From Bacteroidota bacterium (GTDB lineage Bacteria > Bacteroidota > Bacteroidia > Chitinophagales > UBA10324), in assembly GCA_014190535.1 (NCBI GenBank), contig BJGO01000002.1, positions 1 through 45,600 on the forward strand: a DNA stretch of 45,600 nt, read 5' to 3'. A model generated the notes under the pieces. The model was given only the letters and a program-made list of their open reading frames with translations, was not told the DNA's origin and did no database searches. The position numbers and the translations under genes are program-made. This document shows, in pieces, positions 37,053-45,600 of the stretch (its first letter is position 1; each line of letters opens with the position of its first letter).

Positions 37053-37667
37053 TTAAAGAAATGAAGTTATGTTGTGATAAAATCTCAGGGCTAACTCAGG
37101 TTTCATAGCAAGTGTGAAAATAATGCCGAATATAGCACCATAAAGATGTGCATCGTGATTAATATGATCGCCGCCTCGTTTACTCATATAATAACTATAT
37201 GCCATATACAGGGCCCCCCAAATGATACCCGGCATCGGAAAAAACATAAACGCATAAATCTTTTGCAGTGGATTAATAAACAGGTAGGAGAATAATACAG
37301 CACTTACCGCTCCGCTTGCACCGAGACTATTAAATCCAGGATTGTTCTGATGTCGAACGTAGGTGGGTACATCAGATAAAATAATACCACCTATGTACAA
37401 GCATAAAAGATAGTAACCGGCTTTTTCGTCAAACAGGTCAACGTAGTATAGCTGTAGCACACGACCAAAGGAATACAACACGAACATATTTACAAAAAGG
37501 TGCATATAGTCTGCGTGAATAAGGCCTGATGTAAACACTCGATAATACTGCTTTTGATGTTTTACCGAATAGGGGTTCATCATTAACCGGTAAAGCATGT
37601 GATTGTTATTAAAGGCAAGTATAGAAACTGCACAGGTAACAATGATAATAATCAGAATTAAATCCAT
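37053..37667 (-). CDS. Rhomboid-family intramembrane serine protease
   Basis: GLIHADYMHLFVNM, catalytic Ser in GASGAVSAVLF and catalytic His in HDAHLYGAIFG; 6 TM. Confidence 0.85.
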   Translation of the reverse strand: MDLILIIIIVTCAVSILAFNNNHMLYRLMMNPYSVKHQKQYYRVFTSGLIHADYMHLFVNMFVLYSFGRVLQLYYVDLFDEKAGYYLLCLYIGGIILSDVPTYVRHQNNPGFNSLGASGAVSAVLFSYLFINPLQKIYAFMFFPMPGIIWGALYMAYSYYMSKRGGDHINHDAHLYGAIFGIIFTLAMKPELALRFYHNITSFL

Positions 37668-37703
37668 TTAATGTTTATTCAGTGTGTAAAGTTATATGAA
37701 TTT

Positions 37704-38162
37704 CTAACCGTGATGATATTTTTCGCCTCGCAATATGGTGCAGGCTCTGTATAGTTGTTCGGTGAAAACCAGGCGGCATAATTGATGAGGAAAGGTTAAT
37801 TGAGAGAGGCTCAATTTAAAATCAGCACGTTTGTATATTGAATCATGAAAGCCATAAGCCCCTCCGATACAAAATACGGTACGACGGCTACTGTCATTCA
37901 ATCTCTTCTGTATCATCTGCGCTAATTCTTCTGATGTTTTTAGGTAACCTTGATGATCAAGCAGAATCAGATAATCATCTTGTCGCAGCTCTTTCAAAAT
38001 CAGCTGAGATTCCTCGGATTTTATCATTCCCGCTGCCGATTGTGTTGATGGTTTTAATAATTTCGGTTGGTAGGATATATAGTGTTTCAGTCGGGTTTCA
38101 TAGGATGTGATTAATTCCTGTAATACAACATCCGGCTTCTTGCTTACGGTGAGTAGGATCAA
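37704..38162 (-). CDS. rlmH: 23S rRNA (pseudouridine1915-N3)-methyltransferase
   Basis: SPOUT fold with LLDHQG...FCIGGAYGF...LSLSQLTFPHQLCRLVFTEQLYRA; 152 aa. TTG is the only start available after the upstream in-frame stop. Confidence 0.85.
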   Translation of the reverse strand: MILLTVSKKPDVVLQELITSYETRLKHYISYQPKLLKPSTQSAAGMIKSEESQLILKELRQDDYLILLDHQGYLKTSEELAQMIQKRLNDSSRRTVFCIGGAYGFHDSIYKRADFKLSLSQLTFPHQLCRLVFTEQLYRACTILRGEKYHHG

Positions 38163-38225
38163 TTGCTTTTAAAATTATGAGCAATAATAAACATATCGTG
38201 CTTTTTTTACAGTTGCGACTCTATT

Positions 38226-39041
38226 TTATCCTAGTCCAACATCTAATGCCATCATCACCGTGAAGCCAATAATAAAGCCCAGGGTTGCGATGTCGGTGTA
38301 TTTATCCAGTTGTGTTTCCGGTATAACCTCTTCCACTACAACGAAAATCATTGCTCCGGCGGCAAAAGCAAGGGCATAGGGTAATATTGGAGTGAAAAAA
38401 GTAACCGCAGTTGCACCAAGTACTCCGGCGATAGGTTCAACAATTGCAGAGGCTTGCCCGTATATGAAACTTTTTTTACGGCTCATTCCCATTCTTCTTA
38501 ATGGCATGGATACGGCTATACCTTCAGGGAAATTCTGAAGTCCGATGCCAATGGCCAGGGTTACGGCACCGGCAATTGTTGCTTCAGGAACACCTGCGGC
38601 AACTCCACCGAAAAGCACACCCACCGCTAATCCTTCAGGTATATTATGTAAGGTTATGGCCAATACTAAAAGAGTAGTCCTCTGCCATTGGGATTTTGGA
38701 CCCTCACTTTCCTTAAAGTCGATGTGTAAATGAGGTAATGTTTTATCAAGCATGTAGACAAATAGGGCGCCTCCCATAAATCCAAGCATACTCGGAATTA
38801 CTTTTTGAAATCCATCCCCGCCGCTCATCTCAATGGCCGGAGCCAATAAACTCCAAAAACTGGCCGCGACCATAACACCTCCGGTAAATCCAAGCATACC
38901 GTCGAGTAATCCGCGATTCATCGATTTAAAAAAGAATACCAATGAGGCGCCTGCCGCTGTTACAAGCCAGGTGATTAGTGTGGCATACAATGCGGCCAGT
39001 ACCGGAGGTATATTGCTGAAATAATCAATGATTGGTTGCAT
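38226..39041 (-). CDS. ZIP-family divalent metal transporter (ZupT-like)
   Basis: Signature motifs HNIPEGLAVG and QNFPEGIAVS; 271 aa, polytopic. Confidence 0.85.
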   Translation of the reverse strand: MQPIIDYFSNIPPVLAALYATLITWLVTAAGASLVFFFKSMNRGLLDGMLGFTGGVMVAASFWSLLAPAIEMSGGDGFQKVIPSMLGFMGGALFVYMLDKTLPHLHIDFKESEGPKSQWQRTTLLVLAITLHNIPEGLAVGVLFGGVAAGVPEATIAGAVTLAIGIGLQNFPEGIAVSMPLRRMGMSRKKSFIYGQASAIVEPIAGVLGATAVTFFTPILPYALAFAAGAMIFVVVEEVIPETQLDKYTDIATLGFIIGFTVMMALDVGLG

Positions 39042-39073
39042 ATTGGAGGTATTAGTTGTGTAAAAATAATAAG

Positions 39074-39087
39074 TTAGACATATCTAA
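39074..39087. promoter_or_regulatory. Candidate DtxR/MntR-type operator palindrome in the divergent ZIP/regulator intergenic region
   Basis: TTAGACATATCTAA has perfect 5-bp arms (TTAGA/TCTAA). It is nested in an 11-bp AT-rich inverted repeat, AAAAATAATAA (39062..39072) / TTATTATTTTT (39097..39107). Confidence 0.35.
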
Positions 39088-39130
39088 AAATACAAATTAT
39101 TATTTTTGTGCTGTGAAGATTTCAGTAAGC

Positions 39131-39766
39131 ATGGAAAATTATCTTAAATGCATATACAATTTGTATGTGCAAAACGACACCATCCTGCTTACGGATTTGG
39201 CTGATTATATGAATGTTAAAGCGCCGAGTGTAAACAGTATGATTAAAAAGCTGGCTAAAAATGGTTGGGTCAAATACGAACCATATAAACCAATAAAAAT
39301 AACGGTCAGCGGAAAACGTAGGGCGGCTGAAATCATTCGTAAACACCGATTAACTGAAATGTTCTTATGCGAAATGCTTGAGTTTCGATGGGATGAGGTT
39401 CATCATATTGCCGAACAGATTGAACATATAAATGCTCCGGAGTTTTTTGAACGCATCGATATGTTGCTGGGATATCCCAAATCTGACCCTCACGGTTCAC
39501 CAATACCCGATAAGTATGGTGCAATAACAGCACAAGCATATAAAAGACTTTCTGATTGTGCAAAAGGTGAACTGGTTACGCTTAAGGCCCTGAACCGGAG
39601 CGACGAATCGCTATTAAAATTATTAACAAATAAAAATATTCATTTAGGTTGCACACTAACGGTAAAAGAAATCGAGCAATATGATGGAAGTATTACATTG
39701 AAATTATCAGATAAAGTATATATCGTATTGTCCAAAACGGTTTGTGATAACCTGATGGTTCTATAA
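39131..39766 (+). CDS. DtxR/MntR-family metal-dependent transcriptional regulator with C-terminal FeoA/SH3-like domain
   Basis: MENYLKCIY..., wHTH, metal-site region HRLTEMFL...EVHHIAEQIEHI and a C-terminal SH3-like segment. ATG 39131 is preferred over the track's 39056 start. Confidence 0.8.
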   Translation: MENYLKCIYNLYVQNDTILLTDLADYMNVKAPSVNSMIKKLAKNGWVKYEPYKPIKITVSGKRRAAEIIRKHRLTEMFLCEMLEFRWDEVHHIAEQIEHINAPEFFERIDMLLGYPKSDPHGSPIPDKYGAITAQAYKRLSDCAKGELVTLKALNRSDESLLKLLTNKNIHLGCTLTVKEIEQYDGSITLKLSDKVYIVLSKTVCDNLMVL

Positions 39767-39782
39767 TTAAAATTTGTATTTA

Positions 39783-40901
39783 ATGCACACTATCCACGAA
39801 CGTGATTTAAAAGCATTACTCTATCTGACAAAGATCAAACTCATTGGTCCGGTTAGTATTCGAAACCTGATTAGTTACTGTGGCAGTGCCCAACAGGTAT
39901 TAAACTCCGGTAAAAACAAATTAATGCAGGTGCCCGGCATCAATGAAGAGCGAGCTGAACTGATTATTCAAAACCGTAATCAACTGGATAAATCAGTAGA
40001 CCAGGAAATGGAATTCATTTTTAAACATAATATTCAATGCCTGCCTTATTATGACGAGTTGTATCCTTACCGGCTAAAGAACATTCACGACGCTCCGGCT
40101 TTGTTGTTCTTCAAAGGCCAAGCTTGTTATAATCAGCCGAGATGCATAGCTGTAGTAGGTACACGAAAAGCCACGCCTTATGGAAAACAATTTGTTGAGG
40201 CCCTGATTCAAGATTTGAAGTTATATGATCCGGTCATAGTTAGCGGATTGGCTTATGGCATTGATATTATTGCCCATCGTCAGGCTATTGAACACAATCT
40301 GAACACCATAGCAGTGCTGGGATACGGATTACATACTGTTTACCCGGCTTCGCATCAATCTGTTGCCGATAAAATGCAAAACCGGGGTGGACTTATTACC
40401 GAATACCGAACTGATCAGAAGATGCAACCGGAGTTTTTTGCGGATCGCAACAAAATCATAGCCGGCCTTTGCGATGCCATCATTGTTGTGGAATCGGCTG
40501 TTAAAGGGGGTGCGTTAATTACGGCTCAGTATGCGGTTGATTATAATCGGGACGTATTTGCAGTTCCCGGTAGGGTTGGCGATTCGTATTCCGAAGGATG
40601 CAATGACCTGATTAAGTCAAATAAGGCGGCCTTAATCGATCGTGCTGAGGATTTGATAAAAGCATTGCGATGGGATACCGATCTGCAAAAGGGTGGTACT
40701 CAACGAAGAATGCTATTTGATTTAAATGAACAGGAGCAGATTCTTTTTGATTACTTAAAAGAGTATGAAGATGCTCACGTGGATCAAATAGCCATACATA
40801 CAAAGATGACAGCCTCGAAAGTAGCCGGAATTCTTGTGGAGTTGGAATTAAAAGGAGCTGTGTTGGCATTGCCCGGCAAACGAGATCGGGCCATTACCTA
40901 A
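39783..40901 (+). CDS. dprA: DNA-processing protein DprA/Smf
   Basis: VVGTRKATPYGK, SGLAYGIDIIAHR, AVLGYGL, GALITAQYA..RDVFAVPG and a C-terminal winged-helix segment. ATG 39783 is preferred over TTG 39774. Confidence 0.9.
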   Translation: MHTIHERDLKALLYLTKIKLIGPVSIRNLISYCGSAQQVLNSGKNKLMQVPGINEERAELIIQNRNQLDKSVDQEMEFIFKHNIQCLPYYDELYPYRLKNIHDAPALLFFKGQACYNQPRCIAVVGTRKATPYGKQFVEALIQDLKLYDPVIVSGLAYGIDIIAHRQAIEHNLNTIAVLGYGLHTVYPASHQSVADKMQNRGGLITEYRTDQKMQPEFFADRNKIIAGLCDAIIVVESAVKGGALITAQYAVDYNRDVFAVPGRVGDSYSEGCNDLIKSNKAALIDRAEDLIKALRWDTDLQKGGTQRRMLFDLNEQEQILFDYLKEYEDAHVDQIAIHTKMTASKVAGILVELELKGAVLALPGKRDRAIT

Positions 40902-41057
40902 AAAATGAAAACCGCCGACGACAATCTCTTTTTCTAACCAGACGGTTATGAACAACTCAGGAAAACACCAAAAAACCCTTGTCGTTCAGAAAATGTGTCA
41001 AGCGGTTTTCTACCTAAAAAACCTAAATGCTAAAATTTAAAATCTGAACTCAAAACG

Positions 41058-41100
41058 ATACAGGTAATTCGTTTTTGAACCATCCTGTATTTTGTGTTTG
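41058..41100 (+). terminator. Candidate intrinsic terminator in the dprA/response-regulator convergent gap
   Basis: 7-bp stem ATACAGG (41058..41064) / CCTGTAT (41084..41090) followed by TTTGTGTTTG. The stem is weak and the loop is long (19 nt). Confidence 0.25.
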
Positions 41101-41203
41101 TTGGCCTCTTTTACATGGCTATTAGAAAAAGGTTACCCTGGTTATAAAAATATTTATAAAAGAATTATTTGGCTATTTGAACGGAGTAATATATACGCAA
41201 AAC

Positions 41204-41863
41204 TTACTCGACCAAACCATTTTGCATGGCATATTTAATCAGGCCGGCAGTATTCTTTACACCTAGTTTGCGCAATAAATTTTTACGATGGGTAATAATC
41301 GTCATCGGGCTATTATTAAGTTTTGCCGCAATTTCGGCGTTCGTCATTTCCTGAGCAATTAGTTTGATGATTTCTATTTCTCGTTTGGTCAGTTCTGACT
41401 TGCGTGTATTGGATGCAACTGTGCTTGTTTTTTCCTGCTCTTTATTAAACATACGTTCAATAAGTTTTACTGAAACTTCGTTGCTTACGTATTTTTCACC
41501 GGCATATACCTTCTTGATTGCTGTTACAAGTTCTTCTTTTCCGGCATTTTTTAATAAATAACCGGATGCCCCTGCATTAATCATCTCATTGATATGCAGC
41601 GTATCGTCGAACATGGTTAAAGCAAGTATTTTAATCTCAGGATAGAGCTCTTTAATCTTTTTTGTTGTTTCTACACCACTCATTACAGGCATATTAATAT
41701 CCATCAGAATCACATCCACCTTTTTAAGGGTCAATAGATCGAGCAAAGCCCGGCCATTTTCAGCATCACCGGCTAATTCCAGCTCAGGTACCTCACTTAA
41801 CAAGGCTTTTACACCTGCTATGAATAGATGATGATCATCTGCTATATAAACCTGTATGGGCAT
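41204..41863 (-). CDS. NarL/LuxR-family response regulator (REC + HTH)
   Basis: IADDHHLF, phospho-acceptor region DVILMDINMP, conserved K in ASGYLLKN. LuxR HTH is LTKREIEIIKLIAQEMTNAEIAAKL. Confidence 0.9.
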   Translation of the reverse strand: MPIQVYIADDHHLFIAGVKALLSEVPELELAGDAENGRALLDLLTLKKVDVILMDINMPVMSGVETTKKIKELYPEIKILALTMFDDTLHINEMINAGASGYLLKNAGKEELVTAIKKVYAGEKYVSNEVSVKLIERMFNKEQEKTSTVASNTRKSELTKREIEIIKLIAQEMTNAEIAAKLNNSPMTIITHRKNLLRKLGVKNTAGLIKYAMQNGLVE

Positions 41864-41943
41864 TTTGTATTAGATTTTTATTAAAAATAATGATTAACTA
41901 TTAATTGGTATGATAAATTATTTATATCAGTCAATTATTAGTA

Positions 41944-42984
41944 TCAGGAACGTGATAAAAGGTCAATTGTTATAACCGTTCCCTGATTAGGAAATGAGTC
42001 TATCTGCATTTTTCCATCAAATAATCCAACGCGCTGGTTAATTTTTTTCAGTCCGATAGCATTTTGTTTCTTCAACTCTTTATTATAGTCAAATCCCTTT
42101 CCATTATCTTCATAGGTAATGGTTACACCGTGCTGATCGCTATATAATTGAAGAATAATTTCTGTAGCCGATGCATGTTTGATTGAGTTCTGCAATAATT
42201 CCTGAATAATGCGATAAATTGTGATCTCTAAACTTTTTTTGAGATTCAGGGAATCGGTTACCGGTATAAATTTTACTAAGGTATCACCCTGATAGTTTAC
42301 TGATTCTACAAGATTTAGAATAGCATTTACCAGCCCAAACTCATACGATACCGGTGCGGTGTGCATAGCGATGTGCCGGAGCATTTTTATAGATTCATCA
42401 AGCATACGGATTCCCTTTTTTAACTCCTCTGCGCTGCGGTTGTTGTTGCCCTGATTCGAAGATAAACTCAAATCAAGCTGATGCTTACAACTCGCCATTA
42501 AACTGCCCACTTCATCGTGCAGGAAGTCAGAGATTTTTTTTCTTTCGTACTCATCAGTCTCTATGATCAATGCAATTAAATCTCTTTGTTCATGGAGGTC
42601 ATTAATCAGTTCTTTTTCATAAGCCGACACTTGAGGGCGCGACATCTGTTCAAACAATACTAGTGTAGTTTCTTCCGATTCGTCATATAATCTGTTCCAT
42701 TTGCAGTTGTATTTAACTATATCGCTACCTATTGAGAACAGACAATCGGTTTCGCCGTTTTCTTGTTCAATAATCAGGTTCAGCAGGGGTTCTCCCTTTT
42801 GTTGTTGCATTACCTGAGCAATAGAATGATTAATCAGATAGCCTTTTTTCTTTTTTGTGAGTTGTTCGAACGCCGGATTAACTTCAGCAATAATATGATT
42901 CTGTAACAATAAACCCGGTTGAGGGGACATTTTAAAGTACAGATTAAATACATCGGTTGCTCTGCTGAATCGGGTTAGGTTCAT
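41944..42984 (-). CDS. Cytoplasmic sensor histidine kinase (PAS-like + HisKA_3 + HATPase_c)
   Basis: No TM segments. N-terminal PAS-like segment (IIAEVNPAFEQLTKKKKGYL...). H-box FLHDEVGS, N-box LLQNSIKHA, G-box YEDNGKGF. Confidence 0.85.
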   Translation of the reverse strand: MNLTRFSRATDVFNLYFKMSPQPGLLLQNHIIAEVNPAFEQLTKKKKGYLINHSIAQVMQQQKGEPLLNLIIEQENGETDCLFSIGSDIVKYNCKWNRLYDESEETTLVLFEQMSRPQVSAYEKELINDLHEQRDLIALIIETDEYERKKISDFLHDEVGSLMASCKHQLDLSLSSNQGNNNRSAEELKKGIRMLDESIKMLRHIAMHTAPVSYEFGLVNAILNLVESVNYQGDTLVKFIPVTDSLNLKKSLEITIYRIIQELLQNSIKHASATEIILQLYSDQHGVTITYEDNGKGFDYNKELKKQNAIGLKKINQRVGLFDGKMQIDSFPNQGTVITIDLLSRS

Positions 42985-43088
42985 GGCTTATTATTATGCT
43001 GAAAAAATAGATATGTATCCCTTTTAATATTCGCGGCCTATTTAACAATTACCCACTACTTTTATACTATAATCCATTAATTAGTCCA

Positions 43089-45600
43089 ATGAGGTTTTTT
43101 ACAACGCTTATACTGCTGATTGCTTTTACCGTTCATCTGAAGGCGAATACCTATTATATCAGTAATAATGGAGATGATTTAAACGACGGACTATCAATTG
43201 CTACACCATTTAAAACTTTTCAACCAATAAATGCATTGATATTACAGGTCGGAGATTCCATTTTATTGGAATCAGGTCATTGGTTTACAGGCACCTTGAT
43301 GCCTGCTATGAATGGACCTCAGGTTAAACGGTTGTATATCGGCATCTATAATGGTTCGGAGAAAGCAGTTATTTCGGGCGGATTTACCCCCTACGGGTGG
43401 TCTGTTGATGGTGACACAGCCAGCGTAGTTGTTGATCAACACATTACTTCTGTTTATTTAAATGGGCAACGACAAACACCTGCCCGATTTCCTGATTTCG
43501 GTTTTTTACCAATAGCTTCAGTAAATGGAACCATAGGTTTTTCTTCATCAGGTTTAACACAAATTAATGAAACGTGGAATGGCGCTACGGCACGCATACG
43601 CTCATCTCCTAATGAATACGTGTCCGGTTTGGTAGATCAATATAACAGTGGCGCTTTGGTTTTTTCAGATCCGATAAGTAATGCACCCACTCCTGGCAGT
43701 GGATTTTATCTGGATCAATCCTACAAGGCCTTGAGCACTTTCGGGGAATGGTATTATGATACCGCAACGTATAAACTATCTTATCTTACCAATAACCCTT
43801 CGGCGTTGACCAATCAGGTTGTAGCCGTATCTGAAGATTATGGATTGCGTTTTATGGCTTCCTGCGATAGCATCATTATTGAGAATCTTGATATACGATT
43901 CAACAACAGAAGTGGCATTTATTTTCCATCTACTGTTAATAATACCCTCATTCGAAATTGCGCATTCAACTATGGTAATGATGCCGGAATTCTAATTGAT
44001 GGTATTGCAACTAAAGTTGATTTTCACAACAACACATTTAATGATTTTCTCACCAACGGCATTCATGTTTTTCAATTGTGGTATTCACGAATTAATCATA
44101 ACACTTTTACAAACATAGGTGCAGTTGCCGGACAGGGTAGAAGCGGATATTTTCAATATACGCCAATATTTTCAGGCTTTATGGCATATAGCGAAATCAA
44201 TGATAATACTATTAAACATTTTGGTAATAGTGCCATAAAATGCGATGGTCCCTTTAATAGTTTCAGGCGAAACTATATCGAGGATGGTATGCTATGCACA
44301 ACCACATCCGGTGCTTTGAATTTTTATGGCGACGTGAGTAAAGAACTGATTATTGAAGATAATTTTATTCTGAACATCAAAGGGAATCAGGATGGATTAC
44401 CTCAGTATGATGGATTGATATGCGGAATTTTATTGAATGGTTTGTGCCATAACAATACCATTCATCACAATACGATAGCCAATTGTGGTAGCTACGGCAT
44501 TTGGATTACTACCGGAAATTATGAACATACGATCACCGGCAACTTAATATACAACAACCGTATTGCTCAGTTATCACTCAATGATTTTTACGGAGTGCCC
44601 GGATCGAATAAAAATCACGTAATTAAAAATAATGTCTTTTACTGCCTTTCCGGTGAACAAGTTTGTCTGGAATACGAAACTTTAAACCCGGAGAATTTAT
44701 ATTCCGTTACAGACAGTAACTATTATTGCAATCCATATAACTATACCGCTGTAAGGGAGAAGTTTGTCTTTGAGGAGCCCGCAACCGTAACGTATCCTCT
44801 GCCAGCATGGCAGAAGAGAATTCTTGCAGACAGTAATTCCATAGCACCCGGTTTATCATTGAATCAATATACGATTGATGCAGAAACAGAGCATGAGCTT
44901 ATAACCAATGGCAACTTCACGGCCAATTTCGATGATTGGGAATTATATGCCGATGCCGGTATGGATTTGTTACTCGACAACGATATTGGAATGGATGGTG
45001 GTTGTGTAAAGGTATTATTACAGGACACGGCACTTACTTTTGCCCAGATCAATTCTAAAGCATTTTCGCTAACCAACAACCAGTTTTACCGATTGCGATA
45101 TAGCGTATTTGGTGATCAATCGTCTTACATGAACACCTCTGTATATCTGAAGGGTGGCGACTATCATCCCGTTGGATTAGATCGATTCAATACCTATATC
45201 ACAAACAGGACTGAAAAAGAATTTATATTCAGAAGCACCGAGGACTGCGCATCCTGTGCAGTTAGATTATCGATGTTTAAAGGAGACAGCCTGTTGGTAT
45301 TGGATAATATATCATTACGTCAGGTTAGTGTTTCATTACTTGATTCCACATTATCAAACCGTTTGATTTTAAACTATTCCGATCAGCAGACGGAAATAAA
45401 TCTTAATGATACCACGTACTTTGATTTAAATGGTAATACCATCACCGGTACATTTAACCTCCCGGCATACAGTTCTTATGTATTGGTGCCTCAGCAGATT
45501 ATTTTTAATTCAATAAATAATCCGGTGCTTAACCAAAGCACGATACAGGTTTATCCTAATCCTGCAACAGATCATATTCAAATCATCTTGCCGGAATACC
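43089..45600 (+). CDS. T9SS-secreted right-handed beta-helix protein with CBM-like domain (3' end beyond window)
   Basis: Absent from the track because it is open-ended. I translated 43089 to about 45000 by hand and found no stop. Signal peptide MRFFTTLILLIAFTVHLKA. NTYYISNNGDDLNDGLSIATPFKTF is the start typical of pectate-lyase-fold proteins. Repeated N..I..N.F turns (IIENLDIRFNN, LIRNCAFNYGN, FHNNTFNDF, INHNTFTNIG, IHHNTIANCG). CBM4/9-like ELITNGNFTANFDDWELY.... The same frame ends with TIQVYPNPATDHIQIILPEY, the start of a T9SS sorting domain. Confidence 0.75.
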   Translation, partial: MRFFTTLILLIAFTVHLKANTYYISNNGDDLNDGLSIATPFKTFQPINALILQVGDSILLESGHWFTGTLMPAMNGPQVKRLYIGIYNGSEKAVISGGFTPYGWSVDGDTASVVVDQHITSVYLNGQRQTPARFPDFGFLPIASVNGTIGFSSSGLTQINETWNGATARIRSSPNEYVSGLVDQYNSGALVFSDPISNAPTPGSGFYLDQSYKALSTFGEWYYDTATYKLSYLTNNPSALTNQVVAVSEDYGLRFMASCDSIIIENLDIRFNNRSGIYFPSTVNNTLIRNCAFNYGNDAGILIDGIATKVDFHNNTFNDFLTNGIHVFQLWYSRINHNTFTNIGAVAGQGRSGYFQYTPIFSGFMAYSEINDNTIKHFGNSAIKCDGPFNSFRRNYIEDGMLCTTTSGALNFYGDVSKELIIEDNFILNIKGNQDGLPQYDGLICGILLNGLCHNNTIHHNTIANCGSYGIWITTGNYEHTITGNLIYNNRIAQLSLNDFYGVPGSNKNHVIKNNVFYCLSGEQVCLEYETLNPENLYSVTDSNYYCNPYNYTAVREKFVFEEPATVTYPLPAWQKRILADSNSIAPGLSLNQYTIDAETEHELITNGNFTANFDDWELYADAGMDLLLDNDIGMDGGCVKVLLQDTALTFAQINSKAFSLTNNQFYRLRYSVFGDQSSYMNTSVYLKGGDYHPVGLDRFNTYITNRTEKEFIFRSTEDCASCAVRLSMFKGDSLLVLDNISLRQVSVSLLDSTLSNRLILNYSDQQTEINLNDTTYFDLNGNTITGTFNLPAYSSYVLVPQQIIFNSINNPVLNQSTIQVYPNPATDHIQIILPEY

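Noticed and set aside
39062-39107. Perfect 11-bp inverted repeat AAAAATAATAA / TTATTATTTTT as an independent regulatory element
   Set aside because: It is composed only of A/T in an AT-rich promoter region, so a chance match is plausible. I kept it only as context for the inner TTAGA/TCTAA palindrome.
44864-45079. 71-aa minus-strand ORF, the only track ORF after 43000
   Set aside because: The plus strand carries an uninterrupted frame from 43089 to the window end, with beta-helix, CBM and T9SS sorting features. The minus ORF is an antisense artefact.
1-45600. Search for CRISPR arrays, tandem repeats, tRNA/rRNA genes, transposases, integrases, phage or defence-system genes (nucleases, helicases, methyltransferase-restriction pairs, toxin-antitoxin)
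   Set aside because: None was found. Intergenic gaps are mostly under 150 nt with no repeat-spacer periodicity. No ORF shows recombinase, nuclease or helicase motifs. The only DNA-associated genes are housekeeping holA and dprA.

Overview
This window looks like a compact chromosomal segment from a Bacteroidota-type genome. The evidence is five secreted proteins with type-A T9SS C-terminal sorting domains, TAnnTTTG-type -7 promoter boxes, a PafA-like phosphatase and an MbnP/MbnH pair. About 43 protein genes are packed tightly. Several convergent gene pairs abut or overlap at their stop codons. I saw no rRNA, tRNA, CRISPR array, transposase, integrase or prophage genes. Recognisable housekeeping genes are amn, holA, trxB, bioD, bioF, bioB, an rsmB-like methyltransferase, an L,D-transpeptidase, ltaE, rlmH, a rhomboid protease and dprA. 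Accessory content includes the T9SS cargo proteins, a ZIP transporter with a divergent DtxR/MntR-family regulator, a NarL-type two-component system and a Na/Pi cotransporter operon with a rhodanese-thioredoxin fusion. It also includes an MbnP-like/di-haem peroxidase pair. My best candidate for an undescribed system is the four-gene minus-strand operon at 8068-11772: esterase, ATP-grasp ligase, GCS2/YbdK carboxylate-amine ligase and class-I glutamine-amidotransferase-like protein. It looks like a self-contained amidoligase module for a small gamma-glutamyl-type peptide or thiol metabolite. That interpretation is inference from motifs and gene order only. All functional calls come from motif reading of the translated ORFs, with no database search.
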